From Macrostomum lignano (taxonomy: Eukaryota): a stretch of DNA of 64,000 nucleotides. This document shows positions 46,174 to 59,400 of the stretch, piece after piece (the stretch's first letter is position 1; the number at the start of each line of letters is the position of its first letter). The position numbers and the translations under genes were made by a program. A model generated the notes under the pieces. That model was given only the letters and a program-made list of their open reading frames with translations, was not told the origin of the DNA and made no database searches. The stretch covers positions 62,001 through 126,000 of the forward strand of contig NIVC01002892.1 of the NCBI GenBank assembly GCA_002269645.1. Direction: 5' to 3'.

Positions 46174-48864
46174 GGACTGCCGGCCCTCTCTTGAGCACCG
46201 GTATCGTCCGAACGAAGCCTACGGTCGCCAGCTTCTTGGACTGACGCCGACAGCTGAGCCATCGACCGCGAGCCCGCCGCCAGCAGGCCAGATGCGAGCT
46301 CGACGCAGTCTGGAAGGCCGCCACTCGATCAGCCCACCGGCCGGCGAGCTCTTGCGCAACGCAGAGGAGATCCTGCGAGAGAATGAGCAGCTGCCGGAGG
46401 CTGCAGGCGCAGAGGCAGAGCAGCGCATGTCTCTCGACTGCGACGAGCCAAGCCAGACAAGCGCCCTGCCATCCAACGAGGCCGCAGCAACCACCGAGCC
46501 ACCAACTGCCGAGTCCAGCGAGCTCAGTGCGGCAGCGGCAGCGCCGACGTCTGAGGAGCGCCAGCAATCGGCTGCAGACCAGGCCTCGACGCTGCCAAAG
46601 CCCCCTGCCGAGCAACTGGACGCTGACATCAGTCAAATCATCTTCCCTGATGAGCCTGACTTGACTGACTGTCAGCAGACGATCTACGCTAGCGACAGCA
46701 CCATCATCTATGCGCCCAAGTTCCTGAGCGAGGTCGCGGACCAAGTCTACGAGCGCCTGATCACCGACCTGCTGCCTCTGGCCTTTCAGCATCGTCCGAG
46801 TGAGCAGCGCCGTGTCTACTGGATCGGCCCGTCGTACACCCACAGCGGGGTTGAGCTGAAGGAAAATCTAGACTGGCATCAGGTAATTGAAGACATTCGT
46901 GACTTCATTTACCATGATACCCAGTTCGATGTCCCGAAGTTCAACTCCGTGTTGGTGAACTTCTACACCGAGCCGGGAGACCGGATTCCCTGGCACTCGG
47001 ACGATGAGGATGAGCTCGGCGACAGGCCGACGATCGCGACCGTGTCCTTCGGCGCTGAGCGGCTGTTCATGCTGCGCCGTCGGGACGGCAACGTGACGCA
47101 CCGCTTTCCAACGCTGCCAGGCTCGCTGATTCTGATGGCAGGAAACTGCCAGAAACGCCTGCAGCACCAGGTGCCCGCCGCCCACTCTCAGAATGGCGTC
47201 CGCATCTCGCTAACATTCCGTGTCACCAAGCCGGAGCTGCGGCGCAAGCGAGCTCTGCCGGATGACCCGACCTACAGCCAGCCGCTAAACGGCGGCCCAT
47301 TCGGCGACGACCAAGGCGGTCGGGACGACGACCAAGGCGGCCACGACGACGACCAGGGCGGCCGGGGCGACGACAGGCCCCAGGAGCGGCAGGCGACGGC
47401 GACGCGAGACCGCGAAGGCGATCGGGTCGGCGCGGCCGTGGCGGCCACCAGCGAGGCAGGCGAGGAGGTCGCGGCGCGGCGTCCGGTGCGGCGGCGGCTT
47501 CGGCGGCTTCCTGGCCGGCCGGTGCGGCAGCGGCTTCGGCGACAAGCGCGCAGGCGGCTGCGGCAGCGCGGCCCTACGCGCAGGTTGCGGCGCGCCCTGC
47601 GCCGCCCAGAAGGCCCCAGGCTGCCATCCCGCCGATCGTCTTTGAGGTGCACCGGGACGCGGCCAACAAGCTGATGCAGTTCGTTGCCTGGCTGCAGACC
47701 AACTTTGCCGGCGAAGCTCGAGCCGTCAACACTGCGCCGATGGCGAATCAGCCGGCCTATCTCGTGTTCCCAGCGTCGGAGCGGGACTACAACGTCTTCC
47801 TGGGCGGCGCGCTGCGCGAGGAGAAGCTGCTCGAGCATCCCGTAAAGCGCCGTCCAGCCCGAGCCCGACCGCTGGACAACAGAACAGGGCCCGACAGAGT
47901 GCAGCAGCAGCCGGTACGCACCTTCGTCGCTACTGAGGTGCCCCTCGCATTCTCGGAGGCTGACTTCGCGACCCTGTTGCGCGACACGCTCAAGCTGGAC
48001 ATTGTCAGCGTCCACAGAATCCGAGCCAGAGCGACTGGGAAGGCAACCCAGTTCGTGCGCATCTTCACAAAGTCGGCGATGACCTACGAGAAGTGCCTCC
48101 GCGATGGCATCTGCACCGACTTCTTGAAGTTCAACTGCGAGGACAGCCGCACAGACGAGCCGGTCCGCGCTCTGCAATGCCAGCGCTGCCAGGAGTTCGG
48201 CCACCGCGCTGCCCAGTGTCGGGGGCAGCAGCGCTGCCGGATTTGCGGCGGCCAGCATTCCTGGAAGGAGTGCCAGCACGAGGGCCCAGCGGTCTGCGCC
48301 AACTGCGGCGGCTCGCACCGAACCACCAGTCGAGCCTGCACCGTCGCCAAGGCGGAGCACGACAAGGCGACCAGAGCGGCTGCTGAGGCCAAAGCCGCGG
48401 CGCGTGCTGCGGAAGCTGCGGCCACTGCCGCCCCTGAGTCAAGTGAGACCGACGACACCGCCGCCGCCGACGACTCCGACAGCGGCTGGCTGATCCGCCG
48501 AGGCAGGCGCACGGTGCCGGTACCCGCCGCGATCCGGCCGCTTGTCATCGTGACCGATGATGCCAGGAGCGCTCCGGCGGCAGAGACCGAGTCTGCAGCA
48601 GCTGCCAGCGCTGATGTCAATGCGACTGCTCCGTCAGCTGATGCCGGCCAGGCGGTGCAGCTGCAGCTTAGTGACTTTATGTCGGTGGTGAGCATGCTGT
48701 TGCCCCTGATCACCCGCTCTCTGACACAAGTGGTTGTGCAGGCCCTGTCCCGACCGCCTGGGGAGGTCCTCACTGTGGAATCAACCAGTAAAATGGTTGA
48801 GGACATTGTGCGGGCTGCACTCCAGGAAGTGCCGGGCATGGCTGGCATGACCACTGAGTCCTAG
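46174..48864 (+). pseudogene. ORF1 copy 4 (AlkB-gag), start codon deleted, 1-nt homopolymer deletion at ~47425
   Basis: ORF 46172-47674 runs unbroken from the N-terminus through the whole AlkB domain; the gag part is in 47647-48864. Confidence 0.85.
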
Positions 48865-48950
48865 TCTCAGGCAGCTAAACTCAAGACTTGAATTGAAACT
48901 TCAGTGCGTTAACTGTAGACTCAAACAATCAAACCACAGCCCTGAAGATT

Positions 48951-51732
48951 ATGCATTTAAACTGCAGAGGATTCAACCCGAAAATCAGAGAGCTGACACA
49001 GTGGGTCGTCAGTCAGGAGCTAGACATTGCCCTCTTCTCTGAGACCATTCTCAAAAGCTGTCACACTGTCCAGATTCCCGGGTACTCCATCATTCGGTAT
49101 GATACCCCGCATGTAAAACGCGGGCTGCTCCTTGCTCACTCTCCTCGCGTCAAACTCACAAATGTGCGCTTGCAGTATGACAATGTCAACCATGAAGCCA
49201 TCTCCTGCACCGTGAGCTTGTCTGACAACTCTGGTCCTGACTTCAATCTCGCTCTGGTGTACAGGTCTCCAGCACCGTACCACCTGAACCTGAACCTACT
49301 CAAAAATCTTCTCTCCCGTAGGCGCAGTGTGCTCATGGGTGACCTCAATGCTAGACACCGCTTCCTCGGGGGTGACAGCAGCAACAACATGGCTGGCTAC
49401 CAGCTGCACGACTGGCTGTCTGAGGGTCCCACTTCGCCCACCATACTCAATCAGGCCGGTCAGTTCACCAGACTGGCCACCAAAAACGGGCTGATTTCTA
49501 GGAATGTCTTGGACCTCGCCCTGGCCACTGAGGACTTTCTCCCATTTGTGCAGGACTTTGAGGTGGGTCCTGACCTGGGCAGTGACCACTTACCTATAAT
49601 CCTCACGCTCAATATTCAGTCGAAGAAATGGGCTGGTCCCCCCAGACCCAAAAACTTCTCAAAAACAAACTGGGACGAGTTCAGACTCAAAATCAGTGAA
49701 GCTTTGAGCTCAGATCAGAATATTAAATTATCAAATGCTGACCAAATCAATGCCGAAGTGGATCACATCACAAAGGCCATTCACACCGTGATTGACTCCA
49801 CAGTACCAGACTGTGGTGCCAAAAAACGCCCTACCCAAGTACATCCTCGACCTGATCAAAGAGCGCAGACGACTCAGACGCCTCTTCTTCAGCACACGGG
49901 ATCAAAATTTCAAAACCCAAGCAAACCAGCTCGCAAATCGCATAAAGAGAGAAATTAGCGCCTTCCAGAATGGAAAGCTCACCAAAGTCTGTGAGAGCAT
50001 TGTTGAAAATAGCAAGAACAAGAAAGTGAAGAATTTCTGGCACGACACTAAAAAGCTGATGGGCAAATTTAAGCCAACCTCCATCCCCAGCCTCACCCTG
50101 GGTCAAACAACTGCGCACACAGATCTGGAGAAGGCTAACCTTCTAGCCGAAACTCTGGACTCAAAGATGCGCCCAGTCCCTTCCACATGCGAACAGCTCA
50201 AACGTGAGGTGGCCGAGGTGGCACAGCTCACCTCATTCTACCCCGTTCCTGAGGGAATCGAACCCATCGAGACCCACCCACTTGATGCTGCATTCTCTGT
50301 GGCAGACACAGTGTGGGAACTGGAGCACCTCAGGCCTGATGGAGCACCCGGGCTAGACAAGATTCCCAACTGCGTCCTCAAGCTGGGCTTAGAGGGGGTG
50401 GCAATCACGAGACTCACTAACCTCTTCAACGCCTGCTACGGTCGAGGGATTTTCCCCAGCGCCTGGAAGAAAGCTGTGGTGACAATGATCCCCAAGCCGG
50501 ACAAACCGCCCGAACACCCCAACTCCTACAGACCAATCAGCCTGACCTCATGTCTGGGCAAAGTGTTTGAGAAGCTTATAGCAAAAAGACTCACCAAGCA
50601 CCTTGAGGATAATAAGACCCTAGGAGATGACCAATGCGCCTACCGCAAAATTCACTCCACGTATGACAACCTGTGCCGTCTGGCACAAGATGTCATGGTA
50701 GCAAAGTGCAAAGCTAAAAAGTCCGCTGCAGTCTTCCTGGATGCAGAGGCAGCTTTTGACTCCACCTGGCACGACAAGATCAGGCATAGCATGCTCACCG
50801 ATGGTTTTCCACCTATGCTCATGCGAATCCTGTCTGACTACCTGCGAGACAGACAGATCCAGGTTCGAATCGAGGGGGCCCTAAGCGATCCCCACACCAT
50901 CCAGGCTGGCGTCCCTCAGGGAGGCATTCTGAGCCCTCTCCTGTACCTCCTCTTCGTCAGCTCAATGCCGACTCCCACCATCTCAAGCGTCAAACGCAGT
51001 CAATTCGCAGACGACATGGCCGTCTGGGCCTCAGCAGACACCTTTGCGGGGCTCCGAACATCCCTTCAAAGCTACCTCAGACGAGTCTTTGACTGGTGCG
51101 GTAAACAAGGCATTAGACTGAATGCCGGTAAAAGCAAAGCAATCGCTTTCAACTACAAACCCACTAGGCGCATGGACTTGCGACCCAAACTGTATCTGGG
51201 GGACACTGAGGTTCCGTACTGTCAGGAGGTGAAATTCCTGGGTGTCCTCCTTGACCAGAGCCTCTGCCTGAACAAACATGTGGACAACATGGCAGATACC
51301 AGCAGAGCCATTGTAATGTCACTGTGCAGAATTGCAAAAATGACAAAGCTGAGTAGCACCACCCTCAGAATGCTGTACAGGGCATACGGAGAAAGCGCTC
51401 TCACCTACGGAGCGCCAATCCTGAGCCAAATCTGTGCGACTAACCAAATCAAATTGCAGAAAATTCAAAACCTGGCTCTCCGTATCTGCTATGGTGTGCC
51501 ATCCTACATCAGCATTGAATACCTGCACAAGCTGGCAGGTATGCCGATGCTCGCAGACAGGGTCAAGCAGCTGGGGGTGGCTTGGCTGCTCAAGATGAGG
51601 GCAGCCAAGCTCCACAGCTTCCACATTGAGCCGGAAGCCCCTCGGGCTCCGGGCCGAACCCCCGTCCTCAATGTCCTCTGGGATGCCATGAGGCGTCGGG
51701 AAAGAAACAGGGGAATCCCACCCCAGGGTTAG
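48951..51732 (+). pseudogene. ORF2 copy 4 (APE-RT) with a +1 A in a homopolymer at ~49821-49826
   Basis: A6 versus A5 in copy 1; pieces 48951-49958 and 49792-51732. Confidence 0.88.
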
Positions 51733-52336
51733 GCTGGCTACCAGCCTTCCAAACCGGAAGTGACCACGCTCTGAAACGCAACTAATAAAACTAAACTTGC
51801 TGCCTGAGACAGAGATCGGTTGATCAGTCATTAGGACTGATTAGGTAATCTCTATGTCTCCTCGCGTTTCTTTTTACAATTTACCCAACTGTGTTTTTTA
51901 CCCAACTGCTCTACAAATATCACTAATTGCTTTTTTACACCTTTACTATATTCATTCTATTTTTACAACTAAATTCAAATATGCGCTATTGCATTTTTAA
52001 TCTCTATTTTTTTTACTTAAATGTCTTGCTTTTACTCTCAATAGGCCTTCAAATATCTAGCACGTATTTTTTAGATGTCCTGTTTTTATTAGATCCCTTC
52101 TTTGTGCGGGATTCCCCTCCCCTCTTTTTTATCCCCAAATGCGTGCAAAATTCTGCAAAATATTGAAAAATAGTTTTATATATGTATATTTTTAATTTCA
52201 ATATTCGTATTAAATATTCAAATCGAAATCTTGTAAATATTTTTAATTCTTTCGATCAAATACAAAATATAACTGCGGCAGAGTTCTTCGGAACTGACCC
52301 GCGCCGGTTTCGACGGCACCTCGTTTTAACAACAAC

Positions 52337-52431
52337 AAAGATTTCCGTGGAGGGATACTCTTAGGAGAATTCTCTAGTTTTTGCAGGCCTTTCCTAGAAA
52401 GGCTTATTAGAAGTTGAATAGTTTAGACTAG
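52337..52431 (+). repeat. DR5: terminal U5 3' half, followed by unrelated flank (ATTGAAGG...)
   Basis: Similarity to the unit stops abruptly after TTTAGACTAG. Confidence 0.93.
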
Positions 52432-53450
52432 ATTGAAGGTGTGCCACCTTAGCAGGTCGAAGTGCATTAATTGCTCAATATTTCGAAATTATTTTTGATT
52501 TCTTTGAGTACAGTTTTGCAACACATAAAACCCTAAAAATGTTAAACTATTGTAAACTACTTAGATGCTACGTATTTTAGTTACATATGTCCTATGTGAC
52601 TAATTAATTATAATTTACCATTCATTAATTTTTTAATCACAAAGTTCTATTAAATAGACTCAAAAAATCAAACTGAGACACATGAATTAACATCATATAC
52701 TAAGGTCCAAGAAATAATACTCATAATAAATATCTTGGACATTTGGACTTACGAAAAATAATCTTGCAATTAACAACGAAATTAGTTAAAAAAAATTTTC
52801 GCCGCTCCGATTCTGTTCACTGTAATTTGAAATGAGATTTTCCTAGAAATTCAGCATTTCAAATGTACAGTTTAACGCCCACAGGTACGTGAAACCACCG
52901 GATGCGACTTTGCAGTGAAATGCTTTGCCATTTGATACAAGTTACCCAACATTAGGTAGCCTGATCATTTAGCTAAATCCATAATTAGGCACAGCAGCTT
53001 TCAAAACTCCGAAAAAACGAATTAATCAATAAATATGTAAACTATTATATGAGAAAAATACTGCCGTGTCTAAAACAAAAAGCGTCGAGCATTTAACTAA
53101 CCTCACACAGTGCAATGAGAATTAAAAACAAAGATATTTTTATGGAAACTTTACACCATTTTTTACACTGTAAATTTTTTTACACTGTGAAAGGTTAATC
53201 AATGCTACTCACACTTTTAGGGACTTTCACTGCACATTTTGTGGGCGGTGCTGCGCGCAATAATAGTTTCGCAAATTTGTATCAAAACCGCCAAACGGCA
53301 AACATGCGCGCAGTACCCACTCAATAGAGTGTTCGTTTTTGGAAAGAATATTTAAATTGTAACTCGAGCAGACATTAGCTTTTTAAGTGCTTTGCTTATG
53401 AGAATTCAGCAGCCACTGCAACGCAAATTACGCAATTTATCGTAAATAAT

Positions 53451-56400
53451 TGGATGGTTGTTGACTGGACGTATGGTTGTGACTGGATTGTTGCTGACTG
53501 GATGGTTGCTGACTGGATGGACGGTTGCTGACTGGATGGTTGCTGACTGGACGTATGGTTGTGACTGGATTGTTGCTGACTGGAATGGTTGCTGACTGGA
53601 CGGATGGTTGCTGACTGGATGGTTGCTGACTGGACGTATGGTTGTGACTGGATTGTTGCTGACTGGATGGTTGCTAACTGGATGGACGGTTGCTCACTGG
53701 ATGGCTGCTGACTCGATGGCTGCTGACTAGATGGCTGCTGACTGGATGGTTGCTGACTGGATGTATGGTTGTGACTGGATTGTTGCTGACTGGATTGTTG
53801 CTGACTGGATGGACTGTTGTTGACTGGATGGTTGCTGACTGGATGGATGTTTGCTGACTGGATGGTTGCTGACTGGATGGTTGCTGACTGGATGGTCGCT
53901 GACTGGATGGTTGTTGACTGGATGGGTGCTGACTGGATGGATGGTTGCTGACTGGATGGATGTTTGCTGACTGGATGGCTGCTGACAGGATGGCTGCTGA
54001 CTGGATGGTTGCTGACTGGACGGTTGCTGACTCGATGGATGGTTGCTGACTAGATGGTTGCTGCCTGGATGGTTTCCGACTGGATGGATGTTTGCTGACT
54101 GGATGGTTGCTGACTGGACGGATGGTTGTGACTGGATTGTTGCTGACTGGATGGACGGTTGCTGACTGGATGGTTGCTGACTGGATGGTTGCTGACTGGA
54201 TTGTTCCTGACTGGATTGTTGCTGACTGGACGGACGGTTGCTGACTGGATGGTTGCTGACTGGATGTATGGTTGTGACTGGATTGTTGCTGACTGGATTG
54301 TTGCTGACTGGATGGACGGTTGCTGACTGGATGGTTGCTGACTGGATGTATGGTTGTGACTGGATTGTTGCTGACTGGATGGATGGTTGCTGACTGGATG
54401 GACTGTTGTTGACTGGATGGTTGCTGACTGGATGGATGTTTGCTGACTGGATGGTTGCTGACTGGATGGTTGCTGACTGGATGGTTGCTGACTGGATGGT
54501 CGCTGACTGGATGGTTGTTGACTGGATGGTTGCTGACTGGATGGACGGTTGTTGACTGGATGGTTGCTGACTGGATGGATGATTGCTGACTGGATGGTTG
54601 CTGACTGGACGGTTGCTGACTGGATGGATGGTTGCTGACTGGATAGTTGCTGACTGGATGGACGGTTGCTGACTGGATTGTTGCTGACTGGATTGTTGCT
54701 GACTGGATGGACGGTTGCTGACTGGATGGTTGCTGACTGGATGTATGGTTGTGACTGGATTGTTGCTGACTGGATTGTTGCTGACTGGATTGTTGCTGAC
54801 TGGATGATTGGTTGCTGACTTGATGGACTGTTGTTGACTGGATGGTTGCTGACTGGATGGATGTTTGCTGACTGGATGGTTGCTGACTGGATGGTTGCTG
54901 ACTGGATGGTCGCTGACTGGATGGTTGTTGACTGGATGGGTGCTGACTGGATGGACGGTTGCTGACTGGATGGCTGCTGACTGGATGGCTGCTGACAGGA
55001 TGGCTGCTGACTGGATGGTTGCTGACTGGACGGATGGTTGCTGACTGGATGGTTGCTAACTGGATGGACGGTTGCTCACTGGATGGCTGCTGACTCGATG
55101 GCTGCTGACTAGATGGCTGCTGACTGGATGGTTGCTGACTGGATGTATGGTTGTGACTGGATTGTTGCTGACTGGATTGTTGCTGACTGGATGGACTGTT
55201 GTTGACTGGATGGTTGCTGACTGGATGGATGTTTGCTGACTGGATGGTTGCTGACTGGATGGTTGCTGACTGGATGGTCGCTGACTGGATGGTTGTTGAC
55301 TGGATGGGTGCTGACTGGATGGATGGTTGCTGACTGGATGAATGTTTGCTGACTGGATGGCTGCTGACAGGATGGCTGCTGACAGGATGGTTGCTGACTG
55401 GACGGTTGCTGACTCGATGGATGGTTGCTGACTAGATGGTTGCTGCCTGGATGGTTTCCGACTGGATGGATGTTTGCTGACTGGATGGTTGCTGACTGGA
55501 CGGATGGTTGTGACTGGATTGTTGCTGACTGGATGGACGGTTGCTGACTGGATGGTTGCTGACTGGATGGTTGCTGACTGGATTGTTCCTGACTGGATTG
55601 TTGCTGACTGGATGGACGGTTGCTGACTGGATGGTTGCTGACTGGATGTATGGTTGTGACTGGATTGTTGCTGACTGGATTGTTGCTGACTGGATGGACG
55701 GTTGCTGACTGGATGGTTGCTGACTGGATGTATGGTTGTGACTGGATTGTTGCTGACTGGATGGATGGTTGCTGACTGGATGGACTGTTGTTGACTGGAT
55801 GGTTGCTGACTGGATGGATGTTTGCTGACTGGATGGTTGCTGACTGGATGGTTGCTGACTGGATGGTTGCTGACTGGATGGTCGCTGACTGGATGGTTGT
55901 TGACTGGATGGTTGCTGACTGGATGGACGGTTGTTGACTGGATGGTTGCTGACTGGATGGATGATTGCTGACTGGATGGTTGCTGACTGGACGGTTGCTG
56001 ACTGGATGGATGGTTGCTGACTGGATAGTTGCTGACTGGATGGACGGTTGCTGACTGGATTGTTGCTGACTGGATTGTTGCTGACTGGATGGACGGTTGC
56101 TGACTGGATGGTTGCTGACTGGATGTATGGTTGTGACTGGATTGTTGCTGACTGGATTGTTGCTGACTGGATTGTTGCTGACTGGATGATTGGTTGCTGA
56201 CTTGATGGACTGTTGTTGACTGGATGGTTGCTGACTGGATGGATGTTTGCTGACTGGATGGTTGCTGACTGGATGGATGTTTGCTGACTGGATGGTTGCT
56301 GACTGGATGGTTGCTGACTGGATGGTCGCTGACTGGATGGTTGTTGACTGGATGGGTGCTGACTGGATGGATGGTTGCTGACTGGATGAATGTTTGCTGA

Positions 56401-59400
56401 CTGGATGGCTGCTGACAGGATGGCTGCTGACTGGATGGTTGCTGACTGGACGGTTGCTGACTCGATGGATGGTTGCTGACTAGATGGTTGCTGCCTGGAT
56501 GGTTTCCGACTGGATGGATGTTTGCTGACTGGATGGTTGCTGACTGGACGGATGGTTGTGACTGGATTGTTGCTGACTGGATGGACGGTTGCTGACTGGA
56601 TGGTTGCTGACTGGATGGTTGCTGACTGGATTGTTCCTGACTGGATTGTTGCTGACTGGATGGACGGTTGCTGACTGGATGGTTGCTGACTGGATGTATG
56701 GTTGTGACTGGATTGTTGCTGACTGGATTGTTGCTGACTGGATGGACGGTTGCTGACTGGATGGTTGCTGACTGGATGTATGGTTGTGACTGGATTGTTG
56801 CTGACTGGATGGATGGTTGCTGACTGGATGGACTGTTGTTGACTGGATGGTTGCTGACTGGATGGATGTTTGCTGACTGGATGGTTGCTGACTGGATGGT
56901 TGCTGACTGGATGGTTGCTGACTGGATGGTCGCTGACTGGATGGTTGTTGACTGGATGGTTGCTGACTGGATGGACGGTTGTTGACTGGATGGTTGCTGA
57001 CTGGATGGATGATTGCTGACTGGATGGTTGCTGACTGGACGGTTGCTGACTGGATGGATGGTTGCTGACTGGATAGTTGCTGACTGGATGGACGGTTGCT
57101 GACTGGATTGTTGCTGACTGGATTGTTGCTGACTGGATGGACGGTTGCTGACTGGATGGTTGCTGACTGGATGTATGGTTGTGACTGGATTGTTGCTGAC
57201 TGGATTGTTGCTGACTGGATTGTTGCTGACTGGATGATTGGTTGCTGACTTGATGGACTGTTGTTGACTGGATGGTTGCTGACTGGATGGATGTTTGCTG
57301 ACTGGATGGTTGCTGACTGGATGGTTGCTGACTGGATGGTCGCTGACTGGATGGTTGTTGACTGGATGGGTGCTGACTGGATGGACGGTTGCTGACTGGA
57401 TGGCTGCTGACTGGATGGCTGCTGACAGGATGGCTGCTGACTGGATGGTTGCTGACTGGACGGATGGTTGCTGACTGGATGGTTGCTGACTGGATGTATG
57501 GTTGTGACTGGATTGTTGCTGACTGGATGGATGGTTGCTGACTGGATGGACTGTTGTTGACTGGATGGTTGCTGACTGGATGGATGTTTGCTGACTGGAT
57601 GGACTGTTGTTGACTGGATGGTTGCTGACTGGATGGTTGCTGACTGGATGGTCGCTGACTGGATGGTTGTTGACTGGACGGTTGCTGACTGGATGGATGG
57701 TTGCTGACTGGATAGTTGCTGACTGGATGGACGGTTGCTGACTGGATTGTTGCTGACTGGATTGTTGCTGACTGGATGGACGGTTGCTGACTGGATGGTT
57801 GCTGACTGGATGTATGGTTGTGACTGGATTGTTGCTGACTGGATTGTTGCTGACTGGATTGTTGCTGACTGGATGATTGGTTGCTGACTTGATGGACTGT
57901 TGTTGACTGGATGGTTGCTGACTGGATGGATGTTTGCTGACTGGATGGTTGCTGACTGGATGGTTGCTGACTGGATGGTCGCTGACTGGATGGTTGTTGA
58001 CTGGATGGGTGCTGACTGGATGGACGGTTGCTGACTGGATGGCTGCTGACTGGATGGCTGCTGACAGGATGGCTGCTGACTGGATGGTTGCTGACTGGAC
58101 GGATGGTTGCTGACTGGATGGTTGCTGACTGGATGTATGGTTGTGACTGGATTGTTGCTGACTGGATGGATGGTTGCTGACTGGATGGACTGTTGTTGAC
58201 TGGATGGTTGCTGACTGGATGGATGTTTGCTGACTGGATGGACTGTTGTTGACTGGATGGTTGCTGACTGGATGGTTGCTGACTGGATGGTCGCTGACTG
58301 GATGGTTGTTGACTGGATGGGTGCTGACTGGATGGACGGTTGCTGACTGGATGGCTGCTGACTGGATAGCTGCTGACAGGATGGCTGCTGACTGGATGGT
58401 TGCTGACTGGACGGATGGTTGCTGACTGGATGGTTGCTGACTGGATGGTTGCTGACTGGATTGTTGCTGACTGGATGGATGGTTGCTGGACGAATGGTTG
58501 CTGACTGGATGGTTGCTGACTGGATGGTTGCTGACTGGATGGTTGCTGAATGGATGGATGGTTGCTGACTGGATGGTTGCTGACTGGATGGTTGCTGACT
58601 GGACGTATGGTTGTGACTGGATGGTTGCCGACTGGATGGTCGCTGACTGGACGGATGATTGCTGACTGGACGGATGGTTGCTGACTGGACGGATGGTTGC
58701 TGACTGGATGACTGCTGACTGGATGGTTGTGACTGGATGGTTGCTGACTGGATGATTGCTGACTGGATTGTTGCTGACTGGATGGACGGTTGCTGACTGG
58801 ATGGCTGCTGACTGGACGGATGCTGACTGGATGGTTGCTGACTGGATGGTTGCTGACTGGATGGATGCTGACTGGACGAATGGTTGCTGACTGGATGGAT
58901 GTTTGCTGACTGGATGGTTGCTGACTGGATTGTTGCTGACTGGATGGATGGTTGCTGGACGAATGGTTGCTGACTGGATGGTTGCTGACTGGATGGTTGC
59001 TGACTGGATGGTTGCTGACTGGATGGTTGCTGATGGATGGATGGTTGCTGACTGGATGGTTGCTGACTGGATGGTTGCTGACTGGACGTATGGTTGTGAC
59101 TGGATGGTTGCCGACTGGATGGTCGCTGACTGGACGGATGATTGCTGACTGGACGGATGGTTGCTGACTGGACGGATGGTTGCTGACTGGATGACTGCTG
59201 ACTGGATGGTTGTGACTGGATGGTTGCTGACTGGATGATTGCTGACTGGATTGTTGCTGACTGGATGGACGGTTGCTGACTGGATGGCTGCTGACTGGAC
59301 GGATGCTGACTGGATGGTTGCTGACTGGATGGTTGCTGACTGGATGGATGCTGACTGGACGAATGGTTGCTGACTGGATGGATGTTTGCTGACTGGATGG

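Larger units (their letters stand above)
46091..52336 (+). mobile_element. U5-associated AlkB-LINE, copy 4 (141-nt deletion removes the end of the 5' UTR and the ORF1 start)
   Basis: Junction CCTAGTCTT|GGACTGCC at 46173/46174; tail AACAACAAC. Confidence 0.92.

Noticed and set aside
26889-51831. Numerous antisense and alternate-frame ORFs (100-360 aa) repeated in each LINE copy
   Set aside because: They are shadows of GC-rich sense ORFs, carry no recognisable motifs, and recur only because the unit is repeated.
26611-52431. Reading the 95-bp direct repeats as LTRs of an LTR or DIRS element
   Set aside because: There are no TG...CA ends, primer-binding site, protease, integrase or tyrosine recombinase. 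The enzyme is APE-RT and the repeat is recognisably U5 sequence.
58483-59167. Short Trp-rich ORFs (WLLTG/WMVAD repeats)
   Set aside because: They are translations of the 15-bp satellite.
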